Source: an uncultured Thermotogae bacterium (GTDB taxonomy: Bacteria > Bipolaricaulota > Bipolaricaulia > UBA7950 > UBA9294). Taken from it: 64,000 nucleotides of DNA. How positions within the stretch are numbered: the first letter of the stretch is position 1; every line of letters starts with the position of its first letter. The stretch lies in the NCBI GenBank assembly GCA_964530075.1, contig CAZGXU010000001.1, positions 11,288 through 75,287 on the forward strand, written 5' to 3'. The position numbers were made by a program, and so were the translations under genes. Shown piece after piece: positions 26,971 through 36,435 of this stretch. Under the pieces are notes generated by a model. That model was not told where the DNA came from and did no database searches. It saw only the letters and a list, made by a program, of their open reading frames with translations.

Positions 26971-28152
26971 ATGCCACGGTTGTGCGTTCGGATAGCGATT
27001 TGCGTCGCCCTTCTCTCGCTCGTCGGCGGTGCGGTCGGAATGGCGGAGGACGTCGGGTTCTCCGGCTTCGTCGGATTGGGGGTCACGTACACCCCGGTGC
27101 CGCCGACGTCCTTCAATATCGGTGCGGACTTGGCGGTTGCGTTTGACGTGGCGGGTTTCTCGTTTGACTCCGAGACGGGGTTCGACCTGACCGGATTCCA
27201 ATCACAGCGAGTGATCCTCAGCGTCGATCTCGGAGCGGTCCAGATCGGCGAGGAGATGCTGTTCGATCCGTACTTCGCCTGGAACGAGCTGAGCCTCGAT
27301 CTGGCGATCGCCGGTGTCGACATCGGCGTGGATTTCATCCTGGCGAACATCGGCAGCGTGCAGACGCCGACGTACAGCATGGGATCGGTCGTCGAGCTCT
27401 CGAGTGGGATCGTGTGCGGGTTTTCGATGACGAGCCTCACCGGATTCGGCGCGATCGACCTGGTCAACGTCCTCGGGGGGATCGAAGCCCCGTTCTCGTA
27501 CGAGCTGCTCGATCTGTTCGACCACCTGGACACGCTGTGCACGGAGCCGCCCGATTTGGACGTGACGATCGTCCCGGACTTCTACTTCGAAGAGGAGCTC
27601 GTCCGTCTGGAAGCCGACTTCATGGGGATGATCGCCAGCAACACGGCGTGGTTCGACTCCATGGGGCTGTCGCGGATGCTCTTCGAGCTCGGGTACCGAT
27701 TCGAGGAACCGTCGCTCAGCTTCCTCGCGACGATGGGGCTGGACGGATCGTTCGTCATCACCGACATCGACTTCATCGTGGACCTCCAGATCGACGTCGT
27801 CCGCTTCACTTCCCACACCTGGTTCGAGGAGAACCCGCTGCCGGTGCCGATTCCGATCGTCTTCGGCGGTCAGGGGTTCGCCGTGTCGTTCGAGCTGTGC
27901 GGCGTCCTGATCACGACGGAGACCGACTTCGACGGATCGCTCCTGTTCGCGCAGCAGCTGATCGGGATCGAGGCGACGTTCGACCCGGTGACGTTCAAGA
28001 GCCTGACGACGTTCGACGGGGCCGGATTCGCGGGCCAGTGCATCTATGCCGATGTGACGATCTGCGGTGTCAAGCTGTACACGAAGGCGGAGTTCGACTT
28101 CTCCGGAATCAGTCTTGTCACGTTCGGGTTCGACTTCTCCTTCGGCTCATGA
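26971..28152 (+). CDS. secreted acidic beta-strand-rich protein of unknown function (possibly outer-membrane or beta-sandwich)
   Basis: Start MPRLCVRIAICVALLSLVGGAVGMA (signal peptide) with GGAGGAGG RBS. Alternating hydrophobic/polar strand-like pattern, rich in D, F and G. The stop overlaps the next gene's ATG (ATGA). Confidence 0.6.
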   Translation: MPRLCVRIAICVALLSLVGGAVGMAEDVGFSGFVGLGVTYTPVPPTSFNIGADLAVAFDVAGFSFDSETGFDLTGFQSQRVILSVDLGAVQIGEEMLFDPYFAWNELSLDLAIAGVDIGVDFILANIGSVQTPTYSMGSVVELSSGIVCGFSMTSLTGFGAIDLVNVLGGIEAPFSYELLDLFDHLDTLCTEPPDLDVTIVPDFYFEEELVRLEADFMGMIASNTAWFDSMGLSRMLFELGYRFEEPSLSFLATMGLDGSFVITDIDFIVDLQIDVVRFTSHTWFEENPLPVPIPIVFGGQGFAVSFELCGVLITTETDFDGSLLFAQQLIGIEATFDPVTFKSLTTFDGAGFAGQCIYADVTICGVKLYTKAEFDFSGISLVTFGFDFSFGS

Positions 28153-28814
28153 GCGAACGCGCCGACCTGTCGCACCAGCGGCTGGACGACCTCCTCCGGC
28201 GCCTGAAAGAAGAAAGCGAGGACATCGATGCCGTCCGGGAGGAGATTCTCCGGCGCGGGACCCCGATCATCGGCGAGGTGATCGCCTCCTCGTTTGAAAA
28301 CAGCGGGTTCACCAGCGAGGAGCTCTTCCATCCCGGGTATCTCGGACTTCTGAACGCGGTCTACAACTTCGACCTTTCGCGAGGCCGGGCCTTCCGGGAA
28401 TACGCGGAGAACCTGATCAAGGGGGAGATCCGGAACCACATCCGCGATCGGGTCAAGCAGGACCGGGTCCCGAACTGGATGCGCGACCTCAATCGACAGA
28501 TCGAGGTCGCCGAAGCGAGACTCCTCCGCGAGACGGGCCGACTCCCCAGCCTGAGAGAGCTGTCCGGGGCGGTCAACATCACCGAAGAGGGGCTGACCGA
28601 GATCTTCAAGGCTCGTGAGGCGCTGAGCTACGTGTCGCTCGACGCGAGCCAGCGGGAGAACGACCCGATCCCCGAGATCGACCTGGACAGGATCCGCAGC
28701 AGGCGGGTCTCTTCGTTCCCGATCGAGTATCGGATCAAGCTCGCCTCCGCACTGGAGAGGCTGGCCGATCTGCAGCAGTACCTCCTACACAGCCTGTTTC
28801 GTTCGAGCGGATAG
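28149..28814 (+). CDS. sigma-70 family (group 3-like) paralog truncated after region 3/4.1; it lacks the region 4.2 HTH
   Basis: It aligns with the full-length sigma at 12914..13711 through regions 2 and 3 (GYLGLLNAVYNFDL, GEIRNHIRDR, SYVSLDASQR), about 40% identity by eye. It terminates at ...LQQYLLHSLFRSSG*, where the paralog continues into GLFYEGKSQSEVGKELGISQRQVSRL. No region-4-like sequence appears downstream in any frame. Confidence 0.7.
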   Translation: MSERADLSHQRLDDLLRRLKEESEDIDAVREEILRRGTPIIGEVIASSFENSGFTSEELFHPGYLGLLNAVYNFDLSRGRAFREYAENLIKGEIRNHIRDRVKQDRVPNWMRDLNRQIEVAEARLLRETGRLPSLRELSGAVNITEEGLTEIFKAREALSYVSLDASQRENDPIPEIDLDRIRSRRVSSFPIEYRIKLASALERLADLQQYLLHSLFRSSG

Positions 28815-29023
28815 GGACGCGCCCAAGTGTGTGCCGCGCCGTCCGGCGGCAATCCGGGACGGGTCGAACCGTCGACAGGAGCCAGACCGGCCGGCCGATT
28901 CGATCTTCGAGGCCCGGTCGTCGGGGTCAGCGACCTCCGGGCGAGGTCGGCGACCGCACGCCCTCGTCGCGCCTTGGCCGAGGGCGTCTTGCGGGTCCGC
29001 GGATACCCTCGGGGCGGGCCGGC

Positions 29024-29032
29024 TGGTATAAT
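29024..29032 (+). promoter_or_regulatory. extended -10 element TGGTATAAT upstream of the PKD lipoprotein gene
   Basis: TGnTATAAT consensus lies 27 nt upstream of the ATG at 29060. There is no good -35. Confidence 0.3.
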
Positions 29033-29059
29033 GCGGAGGTATCGAACGAAGGGGGCGAG

Positions 29060-29710
29060 ATGAAGCGTACGATCATCGGGCTGAAGGTCGGACTCCTCGC
29101 GGCCGCCCTGGCGGCGGTGGCGGGGTGTTCTCTGTTCAATCAGGCGCCGGTCGCCAATTTCCTCTGGTCGCCGCTCGAGCCGCTGGCCAGGGCGGACGTC
29201 AGCTTCAACGACCAGTCGTCCGACTCGGGCGGGCTGTTCGGCGGCGGCGGGATCGTCTCGTGGAACTGGGACTTCGGCGACGGCGACTCGTCGACGGCGC
29301 CGAACCCGAAACACGCCTACGACAAGAGCGGGTCGTACACCGTCCGGCTGACGGTGACCGACGACGGCGGCGCGTCGACCACGATCTCCAAGACCGTCCT
29401 CGTGTCGCCGAGCCTCAACGGGACGTGGAGCGGGTACATCGAGGACAACACCGGGTTCCTCAACGACATGACGCTGCGGTTCAGCCATTCGTCGACGAGC
29501 ATCCAGGGGACCTGCACCATGCTGAATGCGCAGCTGCAATGCTCGGGCATCTCGTTCGATCCGGTCGCCAAGACGGTCCGGTTCGAGCTGTTCGACCTCG
29601 GAATCCGGCTGGAGGGGACGCTCGACGCGGCGGAGCGGCGGATCCAGGGGCGCTGGTTCGTGATCGGCGCGCCGTTCGCCGGCTGGGACTGGGACGTGCA
29701 GCTGATCTAG
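29060..29710 (+). CDS. PKD domain lipoprotein
   Basis: Lipobox LAAVAGC. PKD signature WNWDFGDGDSSTAPNPKHAYDKSGSYTVRLTVTDDGGAS. Confidence 0.8.
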   Translation: MKRTIIGLKVGLLAAALAAVAGCSLFNQAPVANFLWSPLEPLARADVSFNDQSSDSGGLFGGGGIVSWNWDFGDGDSSTAPNPKHAYDKSGSYTVRLTVTDDGGASTTISKTVLVSPSLNGTWSGYIEDNTGFLNDMTLRFSHSSTSIQGTCTMLNAQLQCSGISFDPVAKTVRFELFDLGIRLEGTLDAAERRIQGRWFVIGAPFAGWDWDVQLI

Positions 29711-29783
29711 CCGTAGCCGGCCGGTGCGGGCACAGCGCCGCCGGTCCGGGATCCAGGTTGGCGGCCGTCCGCGGCGGCTCGAT

Positions 29784-30848
29784 TCAGCCGCTCACGGCTC
29801 CGGACGTGAACGGACAGGCGGCGATGCAGTTCGAGCAGGCCGCCGTGTTCCGGATCCAGAAGTCGTAGCACCGGTCGGCGTCGACCGCCCAGCGGAGGAT
29901 CCCCGGGTTGTTCGACGGGCAGGCGACCTCGAACGACGGCTCGCGGGCGGTGCTGATCGCGCCTCCTTCGCACGCGTCGGCGCACCGCCTGCAGTCGACG
30001 CAGATCTCCGTTAGCCCGAAGTCGATCGGCCCGTCCGGCGCCAGGGGGAGATCGGTGAACACCTTGCACAGCCGGACGCACGGCCCGTATTCCGGCGTGA
30101 TCAGAAGGCCGTTTCGGCCGAGCCGGCCGAGCCCCGCGTTGACGGCGAGCGGGATGGAGAGCGCGGTGTCATTCCCCATCGGGATCGCTCCGTAGCGGAG
30201 GTTCCGTAGGAACTCGGCGACGGACGCGATCGCGAACGCCATCCGCGAATAGCCGACTCCGGTCGCCGCCGCCGACTCGTACGCGGGCGACGTCATCACC
30301 GCGTCCCGGTCCATCGCGATCCCGATGACGATCGCGTTCCGGTACGCGGCGGGGATAACGACCGGATCGCCGCTCCGATCGTGCGAGTAGACCCACCGTT
30401 CGTCGACGCGGCAGATCCCGACGAGGTCAGCGCCGAACATGCGCGCCGTCCTCTTGATCTCTGCGCTCATCTCGGCCGGATCGTCGACCGGCTGGCGCCC
30501 GAGCCGCATCATCGCGGTGTCGGCCCGGCCGAGTCGCTGCCACGAGAAGGCGCCGGCGAATCGATCGTGCACCGTCCAGGACGCGAGGAGGCGCGCGAAG
30601 TCGATCCGCGAGTAGCCGGGCTCGGCCGCCGCGATCCGCGCCGCCGCGCCGCTCCGGTACTCCGTCTCGAAGAAGGAGGCGCCGCGGTCCCAGTGTCGAC
30701 GCATGAAGACCGTCCGGCGCTCGTCGAACCGGCCGTGCGTCGCCGGATCGATCGTGTAAGGGGTGACTTCGAGCTCTCCGACCATCTCTCCCTCCCGTGC
30801 GCGCTGAATCGTTGTCCAGATCGTAGGGGGCCCGGAGGGGCCCTGCAA
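29784..30848 (-). CDS. reductive dehalogenase / epoxyqueuosine reductase superfamily (RdhA/QueG-like) protein, cytoplasmic (no TAT signal)
   Basis: ITPEYGP core motif. Two ferredoxin-type clusters: CVDCRRCADAC and CYDFWIRNTAACSNCIAACPF. About 350 aa with no twin-arginine leader. Confidence 0.65.
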   Translation of the reverse strand: MQGPSGPPTIWTTIQRAREGEMVGELEVTPYTIDPATHGRFDERRTVFMRRHWDRGASFFETEYRSGAAARIAAAEPGYSRIDFARLLASWTVHDRFAGAFSWQRLGRADTAMMRLGRQPVDDPAEMSAEIKRTARMFGADLVGICRVDERWVYSHDRSGDPVVIPAAYRNAIVIGIAMDRDAVMTSPAYESAAATGVGYSRMAFAIASVAEFLRNLRYGAIPMGNDTALSIPLAVNAGLGRLGRNGLLITPEYGPCVRLCKVFTDLPLAPDGPIDFGLTEICVDCRRCADACEGGAISTAREPSFEVACPSNNPGILRWAVDADRCYDFWIRNTAACSNCIAACPFTSGAVSG

Positions 30849-30880
30849 GGCTCCTTGAACGGATCGCGTTTTCCGGCAGA

Positions 30881-32146
30881 ATGGAGCGCACCATGCCCGC
30901 AGCGAAGGTCTCCCTCGCCGATGCCCGAAGGCTCGCCCTGCGTTGTCAGCTCCTCGACGGGCAGACTGTCCTGCCGACCGGCAAGGAGGGCGTCGCCGAG
31001 GCGATCGAGCGTCTTGGCTACGTCCAGATCGACACGATCGCCGTCGTCAATCGAGCGCACCATCACAGCCTCTGGACGCGGTGCCCCGACTACGATCCGG
31101 GGATGCTCCACGACCTGCAGGCGGTCGATCGGCGCGTTTTCGAATACTGGGCCCACGCCATGGCCTATCTGCCGATCTCCGATTACCGCTACTTCGTCCC
31201 GCAGATGAACCGGATCCGCGAGCAAGGGCCGCCCTGGATGCGCGACTGGCGGAAGAAGCATGCTGACGTGATCGACGCGGTCCTCGAGCGGATCCGGGCC
31301 GAGGGTCCCCTGACGTCGAAGGACTTCGAGCCGCCTCCCGGGACGAAGCGCGGCACGTGGTGGGATTGGAAACCGGCCAAGCGGGGGCTCGAGCTCCTCT
31401 TCTGGCAGGGCGACCTGATGATCGCCGAGCGGCGGAACTTCGAGAAGGTCTACGATCTGACCGAGCGGGTCCTGCCGCCGGGCGTCGACGCGACGCCTCC
31501 GTCCGACGAGGAGTGCGGCCGGTTCCAGGTGCGACGGGCGCTCCAGGCGCTCGGGATCGCCCGCGATCGCGAGATCCGCGGGTTCGTCAAAGCGGTCGAC
31601 GGTCCGGTCCTCCGGAGGGCGCTGGCCGATCTGATCGAGGCCGGCGACGTCGTGCCGGTCGAGCTCGAGGGGGCGGTCGGCCGGGCGTGCTACGCGCTCG
31701 TCGAGCGGTTGGACGCCACGCTCGACGACCCGGCCGAACCCCGAGTCCGCATCCTGTCGCCGTTCGACGGTCTGATCATCCAACGGGACCGGACCGAGTG
31801 GCTGTTCGACTTCGAGTACGCGCTCGAGTGCTATCTCCCGGAGGCGAAGCGGAGGTACGGCTACTTCGTGCTCCCGATCCTGTTCGGCGATCGGCTGGTC
31901 GGGCGGCTCGACCCGAAGGCCGATCGGAAGGCGGGGACGTTCCTCATCCGGAAGCTCTGGCTCGAGCCCTGGTTCGAGGCGACCGACGGTTTCCTCGAGC
32001 GGCTGGCCGTGTCGTTGGTCCGGTTCGCCGGCTTCAACGACTGCGGTTCCGTCCAGGTGGAGCGGGCCTCGCCGGCGAAGCTTCGCGGCGCTGTCTCGCG
32101 GCGCGTGCGCGCGGCGCTCGCCGCCGAGCAGGGAGGGGCGCGTTGA
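30881..32146 (+). CDS. winged-helix DNA glycosylase YcaQ family protein (DUF1006)
   Basis: 421 aa. Conserved ...EAIERLGYVQIDTIAVVNRAHHHSLW... block typical of the YcaQ/crosslink-repair glycosylase family. Confidence 0.7.
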   Translation: MERTMPAAKVSLADARRLALRCQLLDGQTVLPTGKEGVAEAIERLGYVQIDTIAVVNRAHHHSLWTRCPDYDPGMLHDLQAVDRRVFEYWAHAMAYLPISDYRYFVPQMNRIREQGPPWMRDWRKKHADVIDAVLERIRAEGPLTSKDFEPPPGTKRGTWWDWKPAKRGLELLFWQGDLMIAERRNFEKVYDLTERVLPPGVDATPPSDEECGRFQVRRALQALGIARDREIRGFVKAVDGPVLRRALADLIEAGDVVPVELEGAVGRACYALVERLDATLDDPAEPRVRILSPFDGLIIQRDRTEWLFDFEYALECYLPEAKRRYGYFVLPILFGDRLVGRLDPKADRKAGTFLIRKLWLEPWFEATDGFLERLAVSLVRFAGFNDCGSVQVERASPAKLRGAVSRRVRAALAAEQGGAR

Positions 32147-32748
32147 GGGAGTTCTCCATCGCGGCGGTCGTGACGACGAACCTGCTGATCGGGATCCGCT
32201 ATTGCTGGCTGATCTCGAAGGGACGAATCAGCCCGGCGCTCGCGATGTGGGTCTTCTTCACGATCGCCACCGTCGGGAGCCTCCTGACGTACTTGGCGGA
32301 GGGCGACTACGGCCTGCTCGACAACATCCTGAACACGGCCGACATCGCCCTGGTCGGGTTCGTCTCGATCTGGATCGCCCTCTTCGGGGACCGGAGCACG
32401 CGGTTCAGCCGGTTCGACCTCGGCTGCCTCGCCGCCGTGATGGTCATCGTCGCGGTCTGGGCCGCCACCCATCGGAACGTGGTGGCGCACTCGGCGATTC
32501 AGGCGATCCTCGTGATCGCCTATCTCCCGGTCGTCAAGAGGATGTGGACGTCGAACCGAAACACCGAATCGTTCTTCATGTGGGTCGGCCTCCTCCTCGC
32601 GCCGATCTTCTCCCTCCTGTCGAGCGAGGGGACGCTCGCGACGGTCTACGCCGTCCGGGCGATCGTCTGCACCTCGACGCTGTTGGCGCTGATGCTCCGG
32701 GCCGAGTGGAAGGAGAGGCGCGCGGAGGGGGCGGCCCCGGGTGGATGA
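32143..32748 (+). CDS. hypothetical polytopic membrane protein
   Basis: Candidate TTG start overlaps the ycaQ stop (TTGA), with GGAGGGG 6 nt upstream. About 5 TM helices. The alternative start is a downstream ATG. Confidence 0.4.
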   Translation: MREFSIAAVVTTNLLIGIRYCWLISKGRISPALAMWVFFTIATVGSLLTYLAEGDYGLLDNILNTADIALVGFVSIWIALFGDRSTRFSRFDLGCLAAVMVIVAVWAATHRNVVAHSAIQAILVIAYLPVVKRMWTSNRNTESFFMWVGLLLAPIFSLLSSEGTLATVYAVRAIVCTSTLLALMLRAEWKERRAEGAAPGG

Positions 32749-32757
32749 CTCGACGTC

Positions 32758-34101
32758 TCAGCTCGCGAGCCCGCCCCCCGTGGCCGACCGCCCTTCGGCA
32801 TGCGCCGCGGCGACGATCCCCGATCGGATCGCCCCTTCGATCGTCGACGGCCAGCCGGTCGACGTCCAATCGCCGGCCAGGTAGAGGCCGCGGATCGGCG
32901 TCACGGCCCGTGGACGGAGTCGGTCGGCTCCCGGCTCGGGGACGAACGTCGCCCGTCGATGTCGGACGACGAGGGTCCGCAGGCACGCGGCTTCGCGGAC
33001 GCGGGGGAGCAGCCCACCGAGCGCGCAGAGGAGATCCCTGGATACCTCGTCGACCGGGCGATCGATCCATTCTTCGGCGGCGCTCTGGGAGAGGACAAGA
33101 TGCGTTGCCCCCTCGTTCTGTGCCCTTCCGTGCAGCCGCGTGACGTCGAAGGCGGCCTGGACCGGAGAGTCGACGGCGACGGCGAACTCCCCGTCGAGGA
33201 CCGGGCGATCGAACCACGCGTGAAGAGCGACGATCGGCGCCCAGCGGAGTTGCAGCGCCGCCTCGATCGGGCCAGCGAGCGGTCCCCCGTCCCCCACGAG
33301 CCGGGCGAGGTCCGCCGGCGGAACGGCGCAGACCACGACGCGGCTTTCGACCGTCTCGCCGGTCTCGAGCTGGACGCCGCGGACGCGATCCCCTTCGATC
33401 AGGAGCCCGCTCACGGCCGCCGACTGCCGGACGACGCCGTTTCGCCCCTCGATGTATCGGCGGGCCGCGTCGAAGATCTCGGAGAGGGGGACGGTGAAGA
33501 ACCCCAGATCCGCGGCGCCAGGCCGGGAGAACGCGTCGCGGAAGACCTTCCGGGCGGCGGGCGCGCTGACGTCGACCGACGGCGCGTTCAGCGTCGCGAC
33601 GCAGATCGGGTCCCACAACGACCGGATCGCGCGGTCGGACTGCCCGCGGTCCGTCAGCCACTTCGCGAACGGCACGTCCGCCCTCGCCCCGCCAAGGGCG
33701 ATCGACAGGCCGGCCCGCATCGCGCGAATTCGGTCCCGGAAGGGGAGGGGGTGATACCTCAGCAGCGCCGGAGCGAGGTGGAGGATCCCGGGCAGCGGCG
33801 ACGAGCGGAGGACGGTCCTCGCCGTCGGGGAGACGATCGGGATCGAGAGCGTCGGCTGGAATCGCGCCGTGCCCGACATCCCGATCCGAAGCAGGAACCC
33901 GGTGCTGGCGGTACAGCAGCGCATCAGGACGTGATGCCCGGTGTCGATCGTCTCGTCCCGATCCTTGAGGTGGATCGAGGCGGCGCGCCCGCCGAGGCGC
34001 GGTGCACGCTCCAACAAGAGCGGACGGTGTCCGTCTCCGGCGAGGCGGCAGGCCGCCGCCGTCCCCGCGAACCCGCCTCCGACGACGAGGGCGCCGGTCA
34101 C
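32758..34101 (-). CDS. hpnE: hydroxysqualene dehydroxylase HpnE (FAD-dependent amine-oxidase-like)
   Basis: GTG start overlaps the hpnD stop (GTGA). Rossmann motif ALVVGGGFAG. Amine-oxidase fold. Cluster context. Confidence 0.8.
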   Translation of the reverse strand: MTGALVVGGGFAGTAAACRLAGDGHRPLLLERAPRLGGRAASIHLKDRDETIDTGHHVLMRCCTASTGFLLRIGMSGTARFQPTLSIPIVSPTARTVLRSSPLPGILHLAPALLRYHPLPFRDRIRAMRAGLSIALGGARADVPFAKWLTDRGQSDRAIRSLWDPICVATLNAPSVDVSAPAARKVFRDAFSRPGAADLGFFTVPLSEIFDAARRYIEGRNGVVRQSAAVSGLLIEGDRVRGVQLETGETVESRVVVCAVPPADLARLVGDGGPLAGPIEAALQLRWAPIVALHAWFDRPVLDGEFAVAVDSPVQAAFDVTRLHGRAQNEGATHLVLSQSAAEEWIDRPVDEVSRDLLCALGGLLPRVREAACLRTLVVRHRRATFVPEPGADRLRPRAVTPIRGLYLAGDWTSTGWPSTIEGAIRSGIVAAAHAEGRSATGGGLAS

Positions 34102-35084
34102 AGGTGCCTCCACGACGAGGAGAGGAAGAGCCACACCTTCTCGGCCGCCGGGAGGGACGTTCGGCTTCCGAAGACCTCGTACTCCGCCGCGACGATCCGC
34201 GAGAGGATCCGGCCATAGATCTCCGAGAGGAGCCAGGGGCAGGCGCGGCTCCACCGCGGAAGGTGGGCGAGGAGGAGGCGGCCACGATCGAGGTGGGTCC
34301 TCGCCCGGACCGCGTACGCCGTGAGGAGCGCGCGAAGCCCGGCGGTCATCGTTCGCGCCCCGAGCTCGGTCTCGTCGACGCCGTGCGCGGCGAGCTCCTC
34401 GGAGGGGAGGTAGATCCGGCCGAGGGCGAGATCCTCGTCGACGTCGCGGAGGATGTTGACGTATTGCATCCCGAGGCCGAGGTCGATCGCCGCCTCGCGC
34501 ATCTCGGCCGTCGGCGGAGCCCCGCCGGTGAGGATCGGCAGGGTCGCCAGACCGACGGCCGAGGCGACGTGGTAGCAGTAGGTCCGCAGCTCCTCGTCGG
34601 TCCCGATCCGCGTCGTGATCAGGTCCATCTCGACCCCGGTGAGGACGTCGCGCAGGTCCCCCTCCGAGACCCCGAATCGGGAGATCGCGTCGGCGAGCGC
34701 GAGGTCGCGCTCGATCCTCGGTGTCCCGTCCGCCGCGGCCGCGAGCCGGTCGCGCATCGCCTTCAGCCCCGCCCGCCGCGCTTCCGGATCGTCGAGGACG
34801 GGGTTGGCGACATCCGGCGTGGGCCGCCGGTCCACCTCCTTGGACAATCGAGCGCTCTTTGGCTCACCCACTGAGAGAATGGCGGAGCCGTTCTCTCCCG
34901 GCGCAGATGCTGGCAGAAAGGCAGCATCTGCGACGCAGTCGGCCTCCCGGCAGAACGCGTACAGGGCGTAGACGGCACGGCGCTCCGTCCGGGGGAGGCT
35001 GAGGAACGCGAAGTAGAAGTTCCGCGCCTCGCGCCGCGTCGTGCGCGCGCACGCCCGATACGCGCCCGCTAGATCCGGCGCCAT
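34098..35084 (-). CDS. hpnD: presqualene diphosphate synthase HpnD (squalene/phytoene synthase family)
   Basis: Motifs YAFCREAD and YCYHVASAVG. About 50-aa insert after the first Asp-rich motif. Confidence 0.85.
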   Translation of the reverse strand: MAPDLAGAYRACARTTRREARNFYFAFLSLPRTERRAVYALYAFCREADCVADAAFLPASAPGENGSAILSVGEPKSARLSKEVDRRPTPDVANPVLDDPEARRAGLKAMRDRLAAAADGTPRIERDLALADAISRFGVSEGDLRDVLTGVEMDLITTRIGTDEELRTYCYHVASAVGLATLPILTGGAPPTAEMREAAIDLGLGMQYVNILRDVDEDLALGRIYLPSEELAAHGVDETELGARTMTAGLRALLTAYAVRARTHLDRGRLLLAHLPRWSRACPWLLSEIYGRILSRIVAAEYEVFGSRTSLPAAEKVWLFLSSSWRHL

Positions 35085-35968
35085 CGCTTGGAGAAGATCG
35101 CGGAGAGCGCGAGACCGACCTTCTCCGGGCCGGAGAGCGTCGGGCGGCGGGAGAGGGTGTCGTAGTCCTGGCGCTCGATCTTCCGAAGGATCGCCAGCCC
35201 GCCGAGGGAGAAGAGGGCGAGGTCGATGCGGAGATGCCCTCGGACGCGGTCGATCAGGGGGAGTCCGGCGCGGAAGTACGAGCGGGTCCGGTCGACCTGG
35301 AGGCGCATCAGGTCCCTCAGGTTGGCCGACGCGCGATCAGCGCGGAGGTCGGACCTCGCGACCCCGTATTCGCCCATCTCGTCCTCGGGAAGGTAGACGC
35401 GGCCCAGGGCGGCGTCGCGCTCGACGTCCTGCCAGAAGTTGGCGAGCTGAAGCGCGGTGCACGTGGCATCGGAGAGGGCGAAGCGCCGTTCGTCTCGGTA
35501 TCCGTAGAGCATCAGCACGAGACGCCCGACGGGGTTCGCCGAGTGCTCGCAGTAGCGGCGGAGCTCGTCGAATGTGGCGAACGAGCCCCGGCGCTGGTCG
35601 ATCCGGTTCGCCTCGATCAGCCGGGCGAGCGGCTCCCGCGGGAGGTCGAATCGGGCGATCGTCCCCTGCAGCGCGACGAGGACAGGGTGCCGCGCCCGCG
35701 ATTCGAACGCCGCGTCGAGCTCGTCCTCGAACCGATCGAGGAGGGCGAGACGATCGCCGGGGGCCTCATCGCCGAGGTCGTCGACCGTCCGGCAGTAGGC
35801 GTAGAGGATGGCCAGATGCCGGCGCATCCCTCGCGGGGCGAGGCGCGACAGCACGGTGAAGTTCTCGTAATGCGCGCGGGCCAGCGACACGCAGAACCGG
35901 CTCGCCTCCTCGATCGAGGCCGGGACCGCCGGAGGATCGAGGAGCGCGCGGACGTGCGCCGCTACCAT
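35069..35968 (-). CDS. hpnC: hydroxysqualene synthase HpnC (squalene synthase family)
   Basis: Motifs YAYCRTVDDLGDE and YCEHSANPVG. Start chosen at MVAAH, 7 nt from the yjbQ stop. An upstream GTG at 36037 would give a 76-nt overlap. Confidence 0.8.
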   Translation of the reverse strand: MVAAHVRALLDPPAVPASIEEASRFCVSLARAHYENFTVLSRLAPRGMRRHLAILYAYCRTVDDLGDEAPGDRLALLDRFEDELDAAFESRARHPVLVALQGTIARFDLPREPLARLIEANRIDQRRGSFATFDELRRYCEHSANPVGRLVLMLYGYRDERRFALSDATCTALQLANFWQDVERDAALGRVYLPEDEMGEYGVARSDLRADRASANLRDLMRLQVDRTRSYFRAGLPLIDRVRGHLRIDLALFSLGGLAILRKIERQDYDTLSRRPTLSGPEKVGLALSAIFSKRWRRI

Positions 35969-36435
35969 CCGTGGACCTGGATGACGACCTCGCGAAGTCG
36001 CGGCCGGTCGAGCTCGATGAGGAAGACCCGTTGCCACCGACCGAGGAGCGCCTCACCGTCGCAGATCGGGATCGTCTCGCTGGCGGACAGCAGGAGGTGC
36101 TGGCAGTGGGCGTGGCCGTTCGGGCACTCGTCCTCGGTCATGTTGACCGTGCGGATGACGAAGTCGTTGTGCCGGTAATTGGCCTCGCGCGGCGCGGTCC
36201 GCTCGAGGAATCGAGCCATGTCTTCCAAGAGAAGCGGCTCGTTCTCGTTGATCTTCACCGCGGCGGTCGTGTGCCGCGAGAAGATCGTCACCGTCCCCTC
36301 CCGGATCCCCGACGCCTCGACGGCCCCGGTGACCTCATCGGTGATGTCGATGAACTCCGGCGCACCGGACGCCTCCCGCTGGATCACGCGTCGGTGCAGC
36401 TTCATTCCGACCTGCTCTTCCATCGATGTTCTCAT
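35962..36435 (-). CDS. yjbQ: YjbQ/UPF0047 family protein (secondary thiamine-phosphate synthase enzyme)
   Basis: 157 aa. Conserved ...TVTIFSRHTTAAVKINENE...HCQHLLL... block. Confidence 0.8.
   Translation of the reverse strand: MRTSMEEQVGMKLHRRVIQREASGAPEFIDITDEVTGAVEASGIREGTVTIFSRHTTAAVKINENEPLLLEDMARFLERTAPREANYRHNDFVIRTVNMTEDECPNGHAHCQHLLLSASETIPICDGEALLGRWQRVFLIELDRPRLREVVIQVHGW

Noticed and set aside
28827-29063. ORFs downstream of the truncated sigma, considered as a shifted region 4
   Set aside because: The translations in all three frames show no sigma region 4 HTH-like sequence, and the composition is junk-like.
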